In this document: positions 1-7,422 of the stretch, one piece after another
Layout: every line of letters begins with the position of its first letter
Numbering within the stretch: position 1 is the stretch's first letter
NCBI RefSeq assembly: GCF_000253055.1
Contig: NC_016070.1
Location: 1,380,001 to 1,412,000, forward strand
Direction: 5' to 3'
Origin: Thermoproteus tenax Kra 1
GTDB lineage: Archaea > Thermoproteota > Thermoprotei > Thermoproteales > Thermoproteaceae
DNA: 32,000 nt
Notes under the pieces: generated by a model
Database searches by the model: none
The model's input: the letters and a program-made list of their open reading frames with translations, nothing else
What the model was told of the DNA's origin: nothing
Position numbers and translations under genes: made by a program

Positions 1-127
1 GCACATCCAGCCTTACGTTTACTGCTATCTTGCAGGGGGAGCCAAAGCTAACAGTGTACTCAGCAGGACCTGAAACATTGAACGAGGGGTTTTCCAATTC
101 TCCCTCGGTTATCTCAGGAAGCTCCAT
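1..127 (-). CDS. 5' end of an unidentified protein-coding gene that runs off the left edge (partial)
   Basis: ATG at 127-125 (minus) opens a frame with no stop down to position 1 (MELPEITEGELENPSFNVSGPAEYTVSFGSPCKIAVNVRLDV...). An A/T box (ctctttattcc on the minus strand, about 146-156) lies 20-28 nt upstream, the leaderless geometry seen throughout the window. It is too short for a family assignment and is not in the ORF track. Confidence 0.35.
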   Translation of the reverse strand, partial: MELPEITEGELENPSFNVSGPAEYTVSFGSPCKIAVNVRLDV

Positions 128-159
128 GTCAGCATTAATACCTAAGGAATAAAGAGTTT

Positions 160-470
160 CTCGGCCCAGAGGGGCTCTGCAAAACCGCGGCCCCCACCCT
201 GAGAGGCCATAGGCGCCCACCTCGCGCCGTCAGTCCAATCTGGAGCTCCGGGCCGCCGGAGCTGTGGCTCAGGTCAAGGGGCCGGATGTGCCCCCTGGTC
301 GCCGGGCAGTTCAAAAACGGAGGGTAGTTGAAAACTGGAACGTTTTTCGGCGGGTTTATTGCAGGTTTCTTCCTGCATCGTCATGCCGAAAATCAGAAGG
401 TCAGGAATTTTCGTGAGGCCTCGGCGGAGGCGCTGGGAATTCCTGAAGTGAATTCGCCGAAGATAGGCGC
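160..470. ncRNA. GC-rich gene-free island; candidate structured RNA, family and strand unresolved
   Basis: No credible ORF; the track ORFs 274..492(-) and 401..901(-) are Arg/Ser/Pro-rich shadows. Positions 160-300 are very GC-rich. Clear hairpins: agctccgg/gccg/ccggagct at 244-263, tgcagg..cctgca at 360-377, and caggaatt..aattcctg at 402-409/438-445. Confidence 0.3.
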
Positions 471-530
471 TCCGTGCAGGAGGAAGTGACATGTTTTGGG
501 CGGATCGATATCCTCTTACTGATTTTTTCC

Positions 531-791
531 ATGGAAGTATACAGAGCGCTCAAGGTCGAGCTGCCCCACCTTCTCGCCGAGGAGCGGCCGGACGTCCTAG
601 ACCTCGCCGTAAGGATGCGCCCTGCGGCCGAGGAGTACGCCGAAAGGCTGTTGAAGGAGCTGGCGGGGAAGGGGGAGCCCAGACTCACGGCGGAGGAGTT
701 GAACAGACTCCTCACTCCCGACAAACGCGAATTAGCGCACCGGATAATCGAGGAGGTGCCCCCAGGTACGACCTCAAGAAGTACTTCATAA
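531..791 (+). CDS. small hypothetical protein (86 aa), helical and E/R/L-rich
   Basis: Internal ATG of track ORF 474..791. Sequence is MEVYRALKVELPHLLAEERPDVLDLAVRMRPAAEEYAERLLKELAGKGEPRLTAEELNRLL... The composition is protein-like, and the opposite-strand ORF looks like a shadow. No family recognised. Confidence 0.45.
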   Translation: MEVYRALKVELPHLLAEERPDVLDLAVRMRPAAEEYAERLLKELAGKGEPRLTAEELNRLLTPDKRELAHRIIEEVPPGTTSRSTS

Positions 792-1057
792 AACAAGCTA
801 AAACGTTCTGGAGCGATGTGGCGTTCCACCGGATGATCCCGTTGAGGACGAGCCGAAGGTTTCAACAGCGAGCGTTTGGTGCGGCCAAATTCGCCGAGCA
901 TGTCCTTGATGTGCTTGACGCGATGTATGTGGAAAACGCGTTAAATCCCTTTAGCTCTGGCTGTCTAGATCAAACATCTATTTTTCTTGGCGTTTTTACT
1001 CGACGTTTAAGAGTTGGGATTCTGTGCGAGATGAGGCTCTATCTTAGCAAAGATCAG

Positions 1058-1178
1058 CGGGCCCGGTGGGATTCGAACCCACGACCTACGGCTTTCCACG
1101 GGCGCCACGCGCCCTTAGGAGGCTCGGCGGACTTGGGCTGGGTCCACCGCCGCTCTATCCATGCTGAGCTACGGGCCC
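1058..1178 (-). tRNA. tRNA-Arg (anticodon CCT) with two introns
   Basis: The reverse complement reads GGGCCCG TA GCTC AGCATGGATA GAGC G GCGG[TGGACCCAGCCCAAGTCCGCCGAG]C CTCCTAA [GGGCGCGTGGCGCCCGTGGAAA] GCCGT AGGTC GTGGG TTCGAAT CCCAC CGGGCCC G. Removing a 24-nt and a 22-nt insert gives a canonical cloverleaf. The anticodon stem is GCGGC/GCCGT and the loop is CTCCTAA. The D-loop has A at position 20. CCA is not encoded. Confidence 0.85.
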
Positions 1179-1199
1179 CTCCTCTTCTTGTTAATTGGG

Positions 1200-1208
1200 C
1201 TTTAAATG
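1200..1208 (-). promoter_or_regulatory. TATA-like box (TTTAAA) for tRNA-Arg
   Basis: ctttaaatg lies 23-30 nt upstream of the tRNA 5' end at 1178. The same box and spacing occur upstream of the other two tRNAs. Confidence 0.55.
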
Positions 1209-1218
1209 TTCAACACCC

Positions 1219-2349
1219 TTAGCTCACAGGCCTCCACACTAGGCCCAACTTGTCCGCATATCTGTACGCCTCCTCCATCTCCAACTCGCTTACGAGTCTG
1301 TTTATATCAGCATAGCGCCGGTATCTAGGCACCAGATAGTCTGGGTGATACTGGTCCATTATGTTCACCAATGCCCTCGGGCAGTTCTCCGCTATCCACT
1401 TCAGCACAGGCTTAGTACAACACTCCACATGGCCGGGCAGGACGAGGTGCCTTATTATTATGTCCTCTCCGCGCCTACAGAGCATTAGGAGATTCCTCGC
1501 GACCACCTCAACATAGCGCGGAGCTATGGAATATCTGAGCGCACATGAGTCGTTACCGTATTTGAAGTCGGGCAACCATATATCGATCACGTGGAGCATC
1601 AAGGAGAGCCCCTCGTGGGTCAAGTACATATTGCTGTTCCACAGCTGAGGGACGTTTATTCTCTTTTCCGCCAAGATCCTCATGGACTCGATTATAAAAG
1701 GTATATTTGGAGTGGGCTCTCCCCCGACCCAGTTTATATTGCGGGCTCCCTCTGACCTCAATTTGATCTGGATAAGGGCTAGCTGTCGTGAGCTGACCTC
1801 TACGCCGTTGTCAGGCCGTTGCGAGATGTCCCAGTTCTGGCAATAGACACATCTGAAGTTACAGCCTGTAAAGAACACAGTCCCCGAGGGCACGAGCGGC
1901 GCCTCCTCGCCAAGGTGATGAAACCAACTTGCCACCCTCGGCGTATCGTTGAGGAGACAAGCCCCCCTTGTCTTCGATCTATCTATGCCGCACCGCCTCT
2001 CGCACAAAAGACACCTCCTCAACATACGTCTCGAGAGCTCCACCTTGACGTCTAAGAACGAGGCCTTGGGAATTGCAGCCGATATCACCGAGGTGTCTGG
2101 GCGTTGCCTCTGGCGCGACCACTCATCGTCAAACGCCTTACCTAACTCCTCGTGTACTCTCCAGAGTCTTTCGTCCTCCATATAGATATAATCGCTCGGC
2201 GCCTCTAATCTAGCTGCTATGTGGTACTTGGCCGGCGCCCTGTTCTCCATCACTAAGTAGTACCAGCTAAGCCTCCGTCTCACCTCTTCGTCTCTCCACA
2301 CGAGTACGGCGTCGGGTCTGTAAAGTCTCCAGTCCACAATGTGATACAT
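1219..2349 (-). CDS. radical SAM protein, PflX-like (related to pyruvate formate-lyase activating enzyme)
   Basis: 376-aa ORF with the CxxxCxxC cluster motif in FFTGCNFRCVYCQNWDISQ. The downstream GGEPT motif is typical of radical-SAM activases. The start may lie further downstream. Confidence 0.85.
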   Translation of the reverse strand: MYHIVDWRLYRPDAVLVWRDEEVRRRLSWYYLVMENRAPAKYHIAARLEAPSDYIYMEDERLWRVHEELGKAFDDEWSRQRQRPDTSVISAAIPKASFLDVKVELSRRMLRRCLLCERRCGIDRSKTRGACLLNDTPRVASWFHHLGEEAPLVPSGTVFFTGCNFRCVYCQNWDISQRPDNGVEVSSRQLALIQIKLRSEGARNINWVGGEPTPNIPFIIESMRILAEKRINVPQLWNSNMYLTHEGLSLMLHVIDIWLPDFKYGNDSCALRYSIAPRYVEVVARNLLMLCRRGEDIIIRHLVLPGHVECCTKPVLKWIAENCPRALVNIMDQYHPDYLVPRYRRYADINRLVSELEMEEAYRYADKLGLVWRPVS

Positions 2350-2391
2350 TAATTGTTATTATCTCGATTTCGATGCACGCGACAGTGGGGG

Positions 2392-2497
2392 AGAGCCCCT
2401 CAGGATGTCGCGGGCAGTCGGCCGGCGTTATTTGGCCGGTAGTCTGGGCGTCTCAGACGCAAATGAGGCGTAGGCAGGTTGACCTCTGAGGGGCTCT
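2392..2497. ncRNA. 106-nt element closed by a perfect 12-bp inverted repeat; candidate small structured RNA (or MITE-like repeat)
   Basis: agagcccctcag (2392-2403) pairs perfectly with ctgaggggctct (2486-2497). Internal hairpins are gcgtc-tca-gacgc and cggcc..ggccg. A palindromic ttttaaaa box at 2511-2520 sits about 20-25 nt from the 3' arm, so a minus-strand transcript would start at the closing helix. No ORF is present. Confidence 0.35.
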
Positions 2498-2540
2498 GCT
2501 GAGCACAGGATTTTAAAATTCGCTGATCCTCTGTGTCCAT

Positions 2541-2630
2541 ATGGAGGTCCAGGCGTACCTGAGAGGTGGCAGTCTCCCGTTATTGGCTGAGGAAAGTAGA
2601 GGACTCGCCCTGTGCTCTATAGATATATGA
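2541..2630 (+). CDS. possible 29-aa upstream ORF translationally coupled to bud32
   Basis: ATG at 2541 lies about 26 nt downstream of the ttttaaaa box (2511-2520). Its TGA stop (2628-2630) overlaps the bud32 ATG (2627-2629) as ATGA. The peptide is MEVQAYLRGGSLPLLAEESRGLALCSIDI. No homology recognised. Confidence 0.25.
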   Translation: MEVQAYLRGGSLPLLAEESRGLALCSIDI

Positions 2631-3247
2631 AACTGATAGCGCGCGGCGCCGAGGCCGAGCTGTACGAGATAGACTGGTTCGGCATGAGGGCCGTTATGAA
2701 GATAAGGAGACCTAAGGCGTACCGAGACCCTGAGCTCGACCGTATCATTAGAACAAAAAGAACTTTAAACGAGGTCAGACTAATGTCGAGGGCGCACAGC
2801 GCCGGGATTAAAGTGCCCGCTGTGTACTTCTTCAATCCTGCCGAGGGGGTCATAATAATGCAGTATATAGAGGGGCCCACGGCCAAGCAGCTTCTGGAGA
2901 CCGGGAAAGAGGACGTCTTATATGAGGTCGGCGCCTTGGTTGCAAAGCTCCATAAGATCGGCATAGTCCACGGCGATCTTGCTCTGACTAATTTCATATA
3001 CCAGAGCGGTGCAACGCCGTATATAATCGATATGGGTCTCGGATATTTCGTGGAGCCGAAGAGGGCTGTCCTTGAGTATGCGCGCGATGTAAATGTGCTC
3101 ATGCGTATATTAGATACATACGGCCATAAGAGCGATGAATACAAAGAACTATTTTGGAGCGGCTATGCTTCTGTCAACGAGCTCGCAGAGGTTGTGAAAA
3201 AGGGAGTAGACGTCATCAGGGCCTCCGCCCGTTACGTTGAGCGTTGA
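2627..3247 (+). CDS. bud32: KEOPS complex kinase/ATPase Bud32 (PRPK)
   Basis: Key motifs are MKLIARGAEAELY..., YRDPELDRIIRTKRTLNEVRLMSRA, IVHGDLALTNFIY, IIDMGLG and a C-terminal SARYVER. The sequence is collinear with archaeal Bud32 as I remember it. The track ORF starts at GTG 2612, but ATG 2627 is preferred. Confidence 0.9.
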   Translation: MKLIARGAEAELYEIDWFGMRAVMKIRRPKAYRDPELDRIIRTKRTLNEVRLMSRAHSAGIKVPAVYFFNPAEGVIIMQYIEGPTAKQLLETGKEDVLYEVGALVAKLHKIGIVHGDLALTNFIYQSGATPYIIDMGLGYFVEPKRAVLEYARDVNVLMRILDTYGHKSDEYKELFWSGYASVNELAEVVKKGVDVIRASARYVER

Positions 3248-3794
3248 GGTGCGCATAAAGGCCCCATTCGTCGTAGAGCTTGAACAAACGCAATAGCTCC
3301 TCCTCCCTGGCCTCGCCGTTCACGGCTCTATATGACGAGATCAAAAGGTCTCCCTCAGACAAGCCCATGTTAGATAGAATAACGCCCAAGTTGGGCACTA
3401 GCTCGTCCAAGACCTCATATATGGGGAGATGGCCCTTGAGCCTTATTAGATCGCAGAGAGCGCCCAGCTCGTGATACTCTCTGTACAGCATACTGCAAGA
3501 CGGCACGCCTCCGAGCCTTAACCCTAAGGCTGAGTTTATAGCAATATCAGGCTTGTCATTAGCAATTCTCCATGCCAGAGAGGATAAGACCTCAGGCGGA
3601 AACATAGACCCAAGCCTCAGCCTGAGGGCACCAAATGGAGGTATAGAGAGCGTTCCCACTAGGCTCATATATGTCATTTCGGCGATCAGCCTTCTTGCGA
3701 GCGATCTTGCCACATCAATGTAATAATATGTCCTCTGATACACGTAGAGAGACTTCGCCGTATTTATATATTCGATAGACTTTATACGGGACAA
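3216..3794 (-). CDS. hypothetical protein (192 aa)
   Basis: Long ORF with a TTG start and protein-like composition. Its end overlaps the end of bud32 convergently by 32 nt. No family recognised. Confidence 0.55.
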   Translation of the reverse strand: MSRIKSIEYINTAKSLYVYQRTYYYIDVARSLARRLIAEMTYMSLVGTLSIPPFGALRLRLGSMFPPEVLSSLAWRIANDKPDIAINSALGLRLGGVPSCSMLYREYHELGALCDLIRLKGHLPIYEVLDELVPNLGVILSNMGLSEGDLLISSYRAVNGEAREEELLRLFKLYDEWGLYAHLNAQRNGRRP

Positions 3795-3838
3795 ACATTA
3801 AGTTTACGTAAACACTGAGGCCTATTTGGCGATGCAGG

Positions 3839-3958
3839 CGGGCCCGGTGGGATTCGAACCCACGACCTACGGGTTTCCACGGGCGCCACGCGCCCTTAAA
3901 AGCCTCGGCGGACTTGGGCTGGGTCCACCGCCGCTCTACCGGGCTGAGCTACGGGCCC
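3839..3958 (-). tRNA. tRNA-Lys (anticodon TTT) with two introns
   Basis: The reverse complement reads GGGCCCG TA GCTC AGCCCGGTA GAGC G GCGG[TGGACCCAGCCCAAGTCCGCCGAG]G CTTTTAA [GGGCGCGTGGCGCCCGTGGAAA] CCCGT AGGTC GTGGG TTCGAAT CCCAC CGGGCCC G. The anticodon stem is GCGGG/CCCGT. Both inserts are identical to those in the tRNA at 1058-1178. Confidence 0.85.
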
Positions 3959-3976
3959 GTTATCTGGTATAACGCT

Positions 3977-3987
3977 CTTTAAAAATT
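3977..3987 (-). promoter_or_regulatory. TATA-like box for tRNA-Lys
   Basis: ctttaaaaatt lies 19-29 nt upstream of the tRNA 5' end at 3958. Confidence 0.55.
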
Positions 3988-4016
3988 CTTCCTCCGTAGA
4001 CCATTAATGGTGTCCA

Positions 4017-4343
4017 TTACGCCACGCTCTTGAGAACCTCGGCAAATATATACAGCAACACAGCGCCTATTAGTAAGCTCCTTCCAGTATATCTGCTCAG
4101 CCTGGTGAAATAAAGAAACGCTCCTATCATCGCCATAATTACTGCCACTACCTTTGATATTTTAACTATATAATTTAACAATATACTCTGTAAATTTAAA
4201 AGAAAGTTATATCCAATATTTAAGTAGTTATTAATTATATTATTTATATTATCAAGAATATTTGAGGGCGAGGTGGCATTTAAACTTGTTGCATACGCCA
4301 GGAAGACGGCTAGGAGTACTGCAAGAGCTATAACAGTCCTCAC
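4017..4343 (-). CDS. small membrane protein (108 aa) with an N-terminal signal/TM segment and two C-terminal TM segments
   Basis: Hydrophobic N-terminus MRTVIALAVLLAVFLAYA and C-terminal TM stretches. The centre (SPSNILDNINNIINNYLNIGYNFLLNLQSILLNYIV) is encoded by an AT-rich patch at about 4140-4265. Confidence 0.6.
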   Translation of the reverse strand: MRTVIALAVLLAVFLAYATSLNATSPSNILDNINNIINNYLNIGYNFLLNLQSILLNYIVKISKVVAVIMAMIGAFLYFTRLSRYTGRSLLIGAVLLYIFAEVLKSVA

Positions 4344-4418
4344 ATACTACCTCGGCCCAATAAGTGCACCTTAGCTATTGTGGTGTGGATGGAGGCAAGC
4401 CGGCAGTTCCGCTTAAGA

Positions 4419-5327
4419 CTAGCTGACTTCCAGATATCTTCCGCCCAACTTTATTTTGACCCTAATGCTCCTCGACGTCGGGCTGTTCGGGTGCACGCCC
4501 TCCTCTGTATATAAGATACTGCCGTCGTCTACCACATATTCGTTCTCGCCGGCGTTGATCATTGCCTCGCGGAAGACCCTAGCGCCTATCTGGAACAAGT
4601 CCTTGGACTTGCTTCGACATATATGGACAGATACGCTTGATATCAGCTCCATGAGCCTCTTGGCGGACTCAAAGCTGCCGACAACAGAGTTCTCTCTGAT
4701 TTTAAACCCAAGGCGCTCGAGGCTCTGAAAGTTGCTGTCGGATACGTCCAGCTCGTTTATGTTCACGAAATCTATCAACTTCTCGGCGGCGAGTCTGTTC
4801 ACCGCCTCTGCTATAGTTTTCTCAAGCCCAGGCACGGCCGGCACCTCAACGCCCAGCGATATACCTGCTTGTTTAAGCGCGAATATCGCTGGCCTCTTCA
4901 CGGAGACCTCACTCCAGCCAAGCAGATGGAGCCTTACTTCGTCTATGCCCGAGCTGATCAATACGTCGACCGTTTCCCTATTCAGGCTCGAGGGCTTGGT
5001 GTAGAGGTGAATATGGAAGTCTTCGCCTAGCTCACGCTTGAGGGCTCTCACCGTGAGGAACACTCTATCGGGCACGGCGAGTGGGTCCCCGCCAGTTATT
5101 GCGGCCCCAGATGCGCCCGACTCAGCGACTATTTCAACTATTTCATCCACCGACTTCACAGGCACGTCGTTCACGTAGATCGCGTCCCTCCCGAACTTCT
5201 CCCTGTTTACAGGACAGTAGAAGCATCTGTATCTGCATAGCCCAGTGATGAATATCACAGCCTTTGCCCCCAACAGGCAGTACTGACAACCTCTGGCGAT
5301 TTCTCCGCGCTTTATATTATAATACAC
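4419..5327 (-). CDS. radical SAM protein (related to PFL-activase, COG2108-like)
   Basis: CRYRCFYCP is a CxxxCxxC motif, preceded by CQYC. ITGGDPL is also present. GTG start at 5327. Confidence 0.8.
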   Translation of the reverse strand: MYYNIKRGEIARGCQYCLLGAKAVIFITGLCRYRCFYCPVNREKFGRDAIYVNDVPVKSVDEIVEIVAESGASGAAITGGDPLAVPDRVFLTVRALKRELGEDFHIHLYTKPSSLNRETVDVLISSGIDEVRLHLLGWSEVSVKRPAIFALKQAGISLGVEVPAVPGLEKTIAEAVNRLAAEKLIDFVNINELDVSDSNFQSLERLGFKIRENSVVGSFESAKRLMELISSVSVHICRSKSKDLFQIGARVFREAMINAGENEYVVDDGSILYTEEGVHPNSPTSRSIRVKIKLGGRYLEVS

Positions 5328-5368
5328 TGGGGAAGCGATATGCTATATTAAAAAACCATTATGAAGAC

Positions 5369-5959
5369 ATGGGAGAGGAGCTAAGAGAGGAGGAGCGCGG
5401 CGAGGTGAGGTCCGAGCTGATCACAAAGGGCGAGAAGAAGTTAGTGCTCATTAGGTGGAACACCGGTAAAACCTCTGCGGGCAGGCTCTTTGGCCGCTAC
5501 GGTCCCGGCGGCAGACCCGAGTTCTTCAAGCTGCTCTTCGGCGCTGTCGCCGGCTCGCTGAGGGAGCAGTTCGGGCCGGATGGAGAGAATATATTCAACA
5601 GGATCAGAGATTCGGAGAAGTTCAGAGAGACCTCCAGAGAGCTGTTCGACGGTCTGAAGAAGTGGTTCTTCGAGGAGGCGGTCCCACGGTACAACCTGGA
5701 GAGGGGCGACATCTTCATGATCTCGACCGAGCTCGTGTTGGATCCCGATACCGGCGAGCTGCTCTGGAATAGGGATAAGACGCAGCTGATATATTGGATC
5801 AGGAGCGACCGCTGCGGAGGGAGCGACGCCAAACTGAGGGAGGAGCGGGACAGACTGGCCAAGGAAGTAGAGCTTCTGAAGGCCGAGAACGAGAGACTAC
5901 GTAGGGAGCTGGAGGACGTCAAGCGGAAGCTCCAGCAGATAACAAGTTTATTGAAATAA
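5369..5959 (+). CDS. hypothetical protein with a C-terminal coiled coil
   Basis: Internal ATG of track ORF 5264..5959 at a position consistent with the A/T box at 5344-5355. The C-terminus AKLREERDRLAKEVELLKAENERLRRELEDVKRKLQQITSLL is heptad-like. Family not recognised with certainty. Confidence 0.65.
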   Translation: MGEELREEERGEVRSELITKGEKKLVLIRWNTGKTSAGRLFGRYGPGGRPEFFKLLFGAVAGSLREQFGPDGENIFNRIRDSEKFRETSRELFDGLKKWFFEEAVPRYNLERGDIFMISTELVLDPDTGELLWNRDKTQLIYWIRSDRCGGSDAKLREERDRLAKEVELLKAENERLRRELEDVKRKLQQITSLLK

Positions 5960-6010
5960 ACGTATACGTTTTTAAGAAATTCTCTTTTTATTGTAAATTA
6001 CAGGAAATAT

Positions 6011-6148
6011 ATGGAGCGCGTTGTGGTCCCATTAAAGCCCAATGAGCTCAAGCTCTTGAAAGAGATCTGTAAAAAACAAGATTTAGATCTAAATGATTGT
6101 ATAAATTTAGCTATTGCAAATCTATTATATATTTATAAAGGATTATAA
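6011..6148 (+). CDS. 45-aa ribbon-helix-helix (CopG/Arc-like) protein, not in the ORF track
   Basis: The peptide is MERVVVPLKPNELKLLKEICKKQDLDLNDCINLAIANLLYIYKGL. It shows a beta-strand (RVVVPLK) followed by two short helices, the RHH pattern. A/T-rich boxes lie upstream at 5975-6000. Its end overlaps the end of the NurA-like gene convergently by 6 nt. Confidence 0.45.
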   Translation: MERVVVPLKPNELKLLKEICKKQDLDLNDCINLAIANLLYIYKGL

Positions 6149-6919
6149 GTATTCCCTATATCTATTTTGTATATCGATAAACCTAGGGATCAATACTCTA
6201 AGTGATCTCAAAAGCTCTCTAGATATTTTTGCATATCTGTGCGCAAGCCTAAGCTTGATAGGATAGCCATACTTAAAAAACGAAGATATTACTTCTAACG
6301 GTATATATCTAGGAAATTCTATATAGAATACAGAGTCTCCTTTTATGTATGTTGCAAAAAACTCTCCCAAATCCACTGGCTTAAGCATAGTGCCGCGGGG
6401 CTTATCTTGTAGGAGTATCTCTGCTCCATAAAGCTCGGATGTAAGACTGGAGATCTCCTTAAACCATTCGGCCTCTTTGCCGCCTAAGCTGCGCCAATAT
6501 CTAGCTGCAACAGGATCCTTCGAGACCCCTATCACGTAGCCTATGGGCGATCTTATATAGGGGGTTAAGGGTCCATCGACTAGTACGTAGCCCTTCTCCT
6601 CGGCCGCAGACTTAAGCTCCAATTCTCTCACATATCTATTAATATTATTATTTGTTCTCTCTATTTTTTTAATTATAACATTATTATTAATTTTATTATC
6701 TATCTTCGTAATAGTTATCAAAAGCAAATTTGTATGCCTATACTTGAGTTCAATGTATCCGGAATCTATGGCTATATAGTCCGGCGGGTCTATGGACGGC
6801 GGCTTAAGTGTGAGTTGTTCCAGCTCTTTTGCTGCATCTAAGAGCCGCGCCAACCTACCGGTGGAGTCTGGCGCCTCTAGCTCAGCAAGCCTGAGAATCT
6901 CCGAAAGTAAGCCCTTCAT
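6143..6919 (-). CDS. NurA-like nuclease (RNase H-fold 5'-3' nuclease family), non-canonical context
   Basis: Motifs in NurA order: DYIAIDSGY (first catalytic Asp), GYVLVDGPLTP (second Asp), YVIGVSKDP, and YGYPIKLRLAHRYAKIS. The ATG at 6919-6917 overlaps the upstream stop (TGATG). An AT-rich insert encodes KIDNKINNNVIIKKIERTNNNINRY. Confidence 0.7.
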   Translation of the reverse strand: MKGLLSEILRLAELEAPDSTGRLARLLDAAKELEQLTLKPPSIDPPDYIAIDSGYIELKYRHTNLLLITITKIDNKINNNVIIKKIERTNNNINRYVRELELKSAAEEKGYVLVDGPLTPYIRSPIGYVIGVSKDPVAARYWRSLGGKEAEWFKEISSLTSELYGAEILLQDKPRGTMLKPVDLGEFFATYIKGDSVFYIEFPRYIPLEVISSFFKYGYPIKLRLAHRYAKISRELLRSLRVLIPRFIDIQNRYREYL

Positions 6920-7422
6920 CAATAGATCTCTCCGTAGAGCACTTCCAACGCCTTAGCCAGCCTGTCCCTATCAATATGTCCGATCAAATCCGCTAGATAG
7001 CTGGGGAGCTCAGCCTCGCCGTCCACATACTTCTGTAACGCCAACAACGACTTCGATCTCTTGTACCTCCTCCTCTCCTCCACGACGACCTTCTTCAGCT
7101 TCTCAACTATCTCCCTCAGTTCATCTCGGCCCTTCGCGTCCTCCAACTCCTGCGCCACATATCCCAGGGCCTCGTAGAGCGAGAGCGGAACTGCCCTTAT
7201 ATATAAAACGCCGTTTAAGAGGGCTGCAACAGGTCTCCCGGTGTACTTCCCCCAAGCGACTATAGAGCCGCCTCTGGTCTCCCCCACGGCTATCAAAGAC
7301 TTCAGTTCCCTACCTCTGAATAGTATAACGTCGTAGAACTCATATGGCGGCCTGGCGTCTATTACTATATCGGCGTCCCATCTTAGATCGCCCTCCCTTA
7401 CGATGAAGATCTTACGAGACAT
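6919..7422 (-). CDS. hypothetical protein (167 aa), middle gene of the ATPase/NurA operon
   Basis: Starts MSRKIFIVREGDLRWDADIVIDARPPYEF... The N-terminal half is beta-rich and the C-terminal half is helical and charged. The ATG at 7422 lies inside the last 11 nt of the upstream ORF, and the stop overlaps the next ATG. No family recognised. Confidence 0.65.
   Translation of the reverse strand: MSRKIFIVREGDLRWDADIVIDARPPYEFYDVILFRGRELKSLIAVGETRGGSIVAWGKYTGRPVAALLNGVLYIRAVPLSLYEALGYVAQELEDAKGRDELREIVEKLKKVVVEERRRYKRSKSLLALQKYVDGEAELPSYLADLIGHIDRDRLAKALEVLYGEIY

Noticed and set aside
150-490. SRP (7S) RNA assignment
   Set aside because: An Alu-like hairpin arrangement is vaguely present. However, the conserved helix-8 GGAA tetraloop and AGCA motif were not found on either strand.
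491-1222. 243-aa plus-strand ORF from the track
   Set aside because: It is Arg/Gly/Pro-rich with non-protein-like composition. It reads straight through the antisense of the tRNA-Arg gene and overlaps a better small ORF in another frame. I judge it spurious.
2392-2497. 5S rRNA or H/ACA sRNA
   Set aside because: The size is about right for 5S rRNA, but the conserved CCCGGAAGUUAAGC-type region is missing. No ACA box follows the closing helix, which argues against H/ACA.
1179-3838. An integrated element bounded by the two near-identical tRNA sequences acting as att repeats
   Set aside because: Both copies are complete tRNA genes with different anticodons and their own promoters. The intervening genes (radical SAM, Bud32, a hypothetical) look like housekeeping genes, and no integrase is present.
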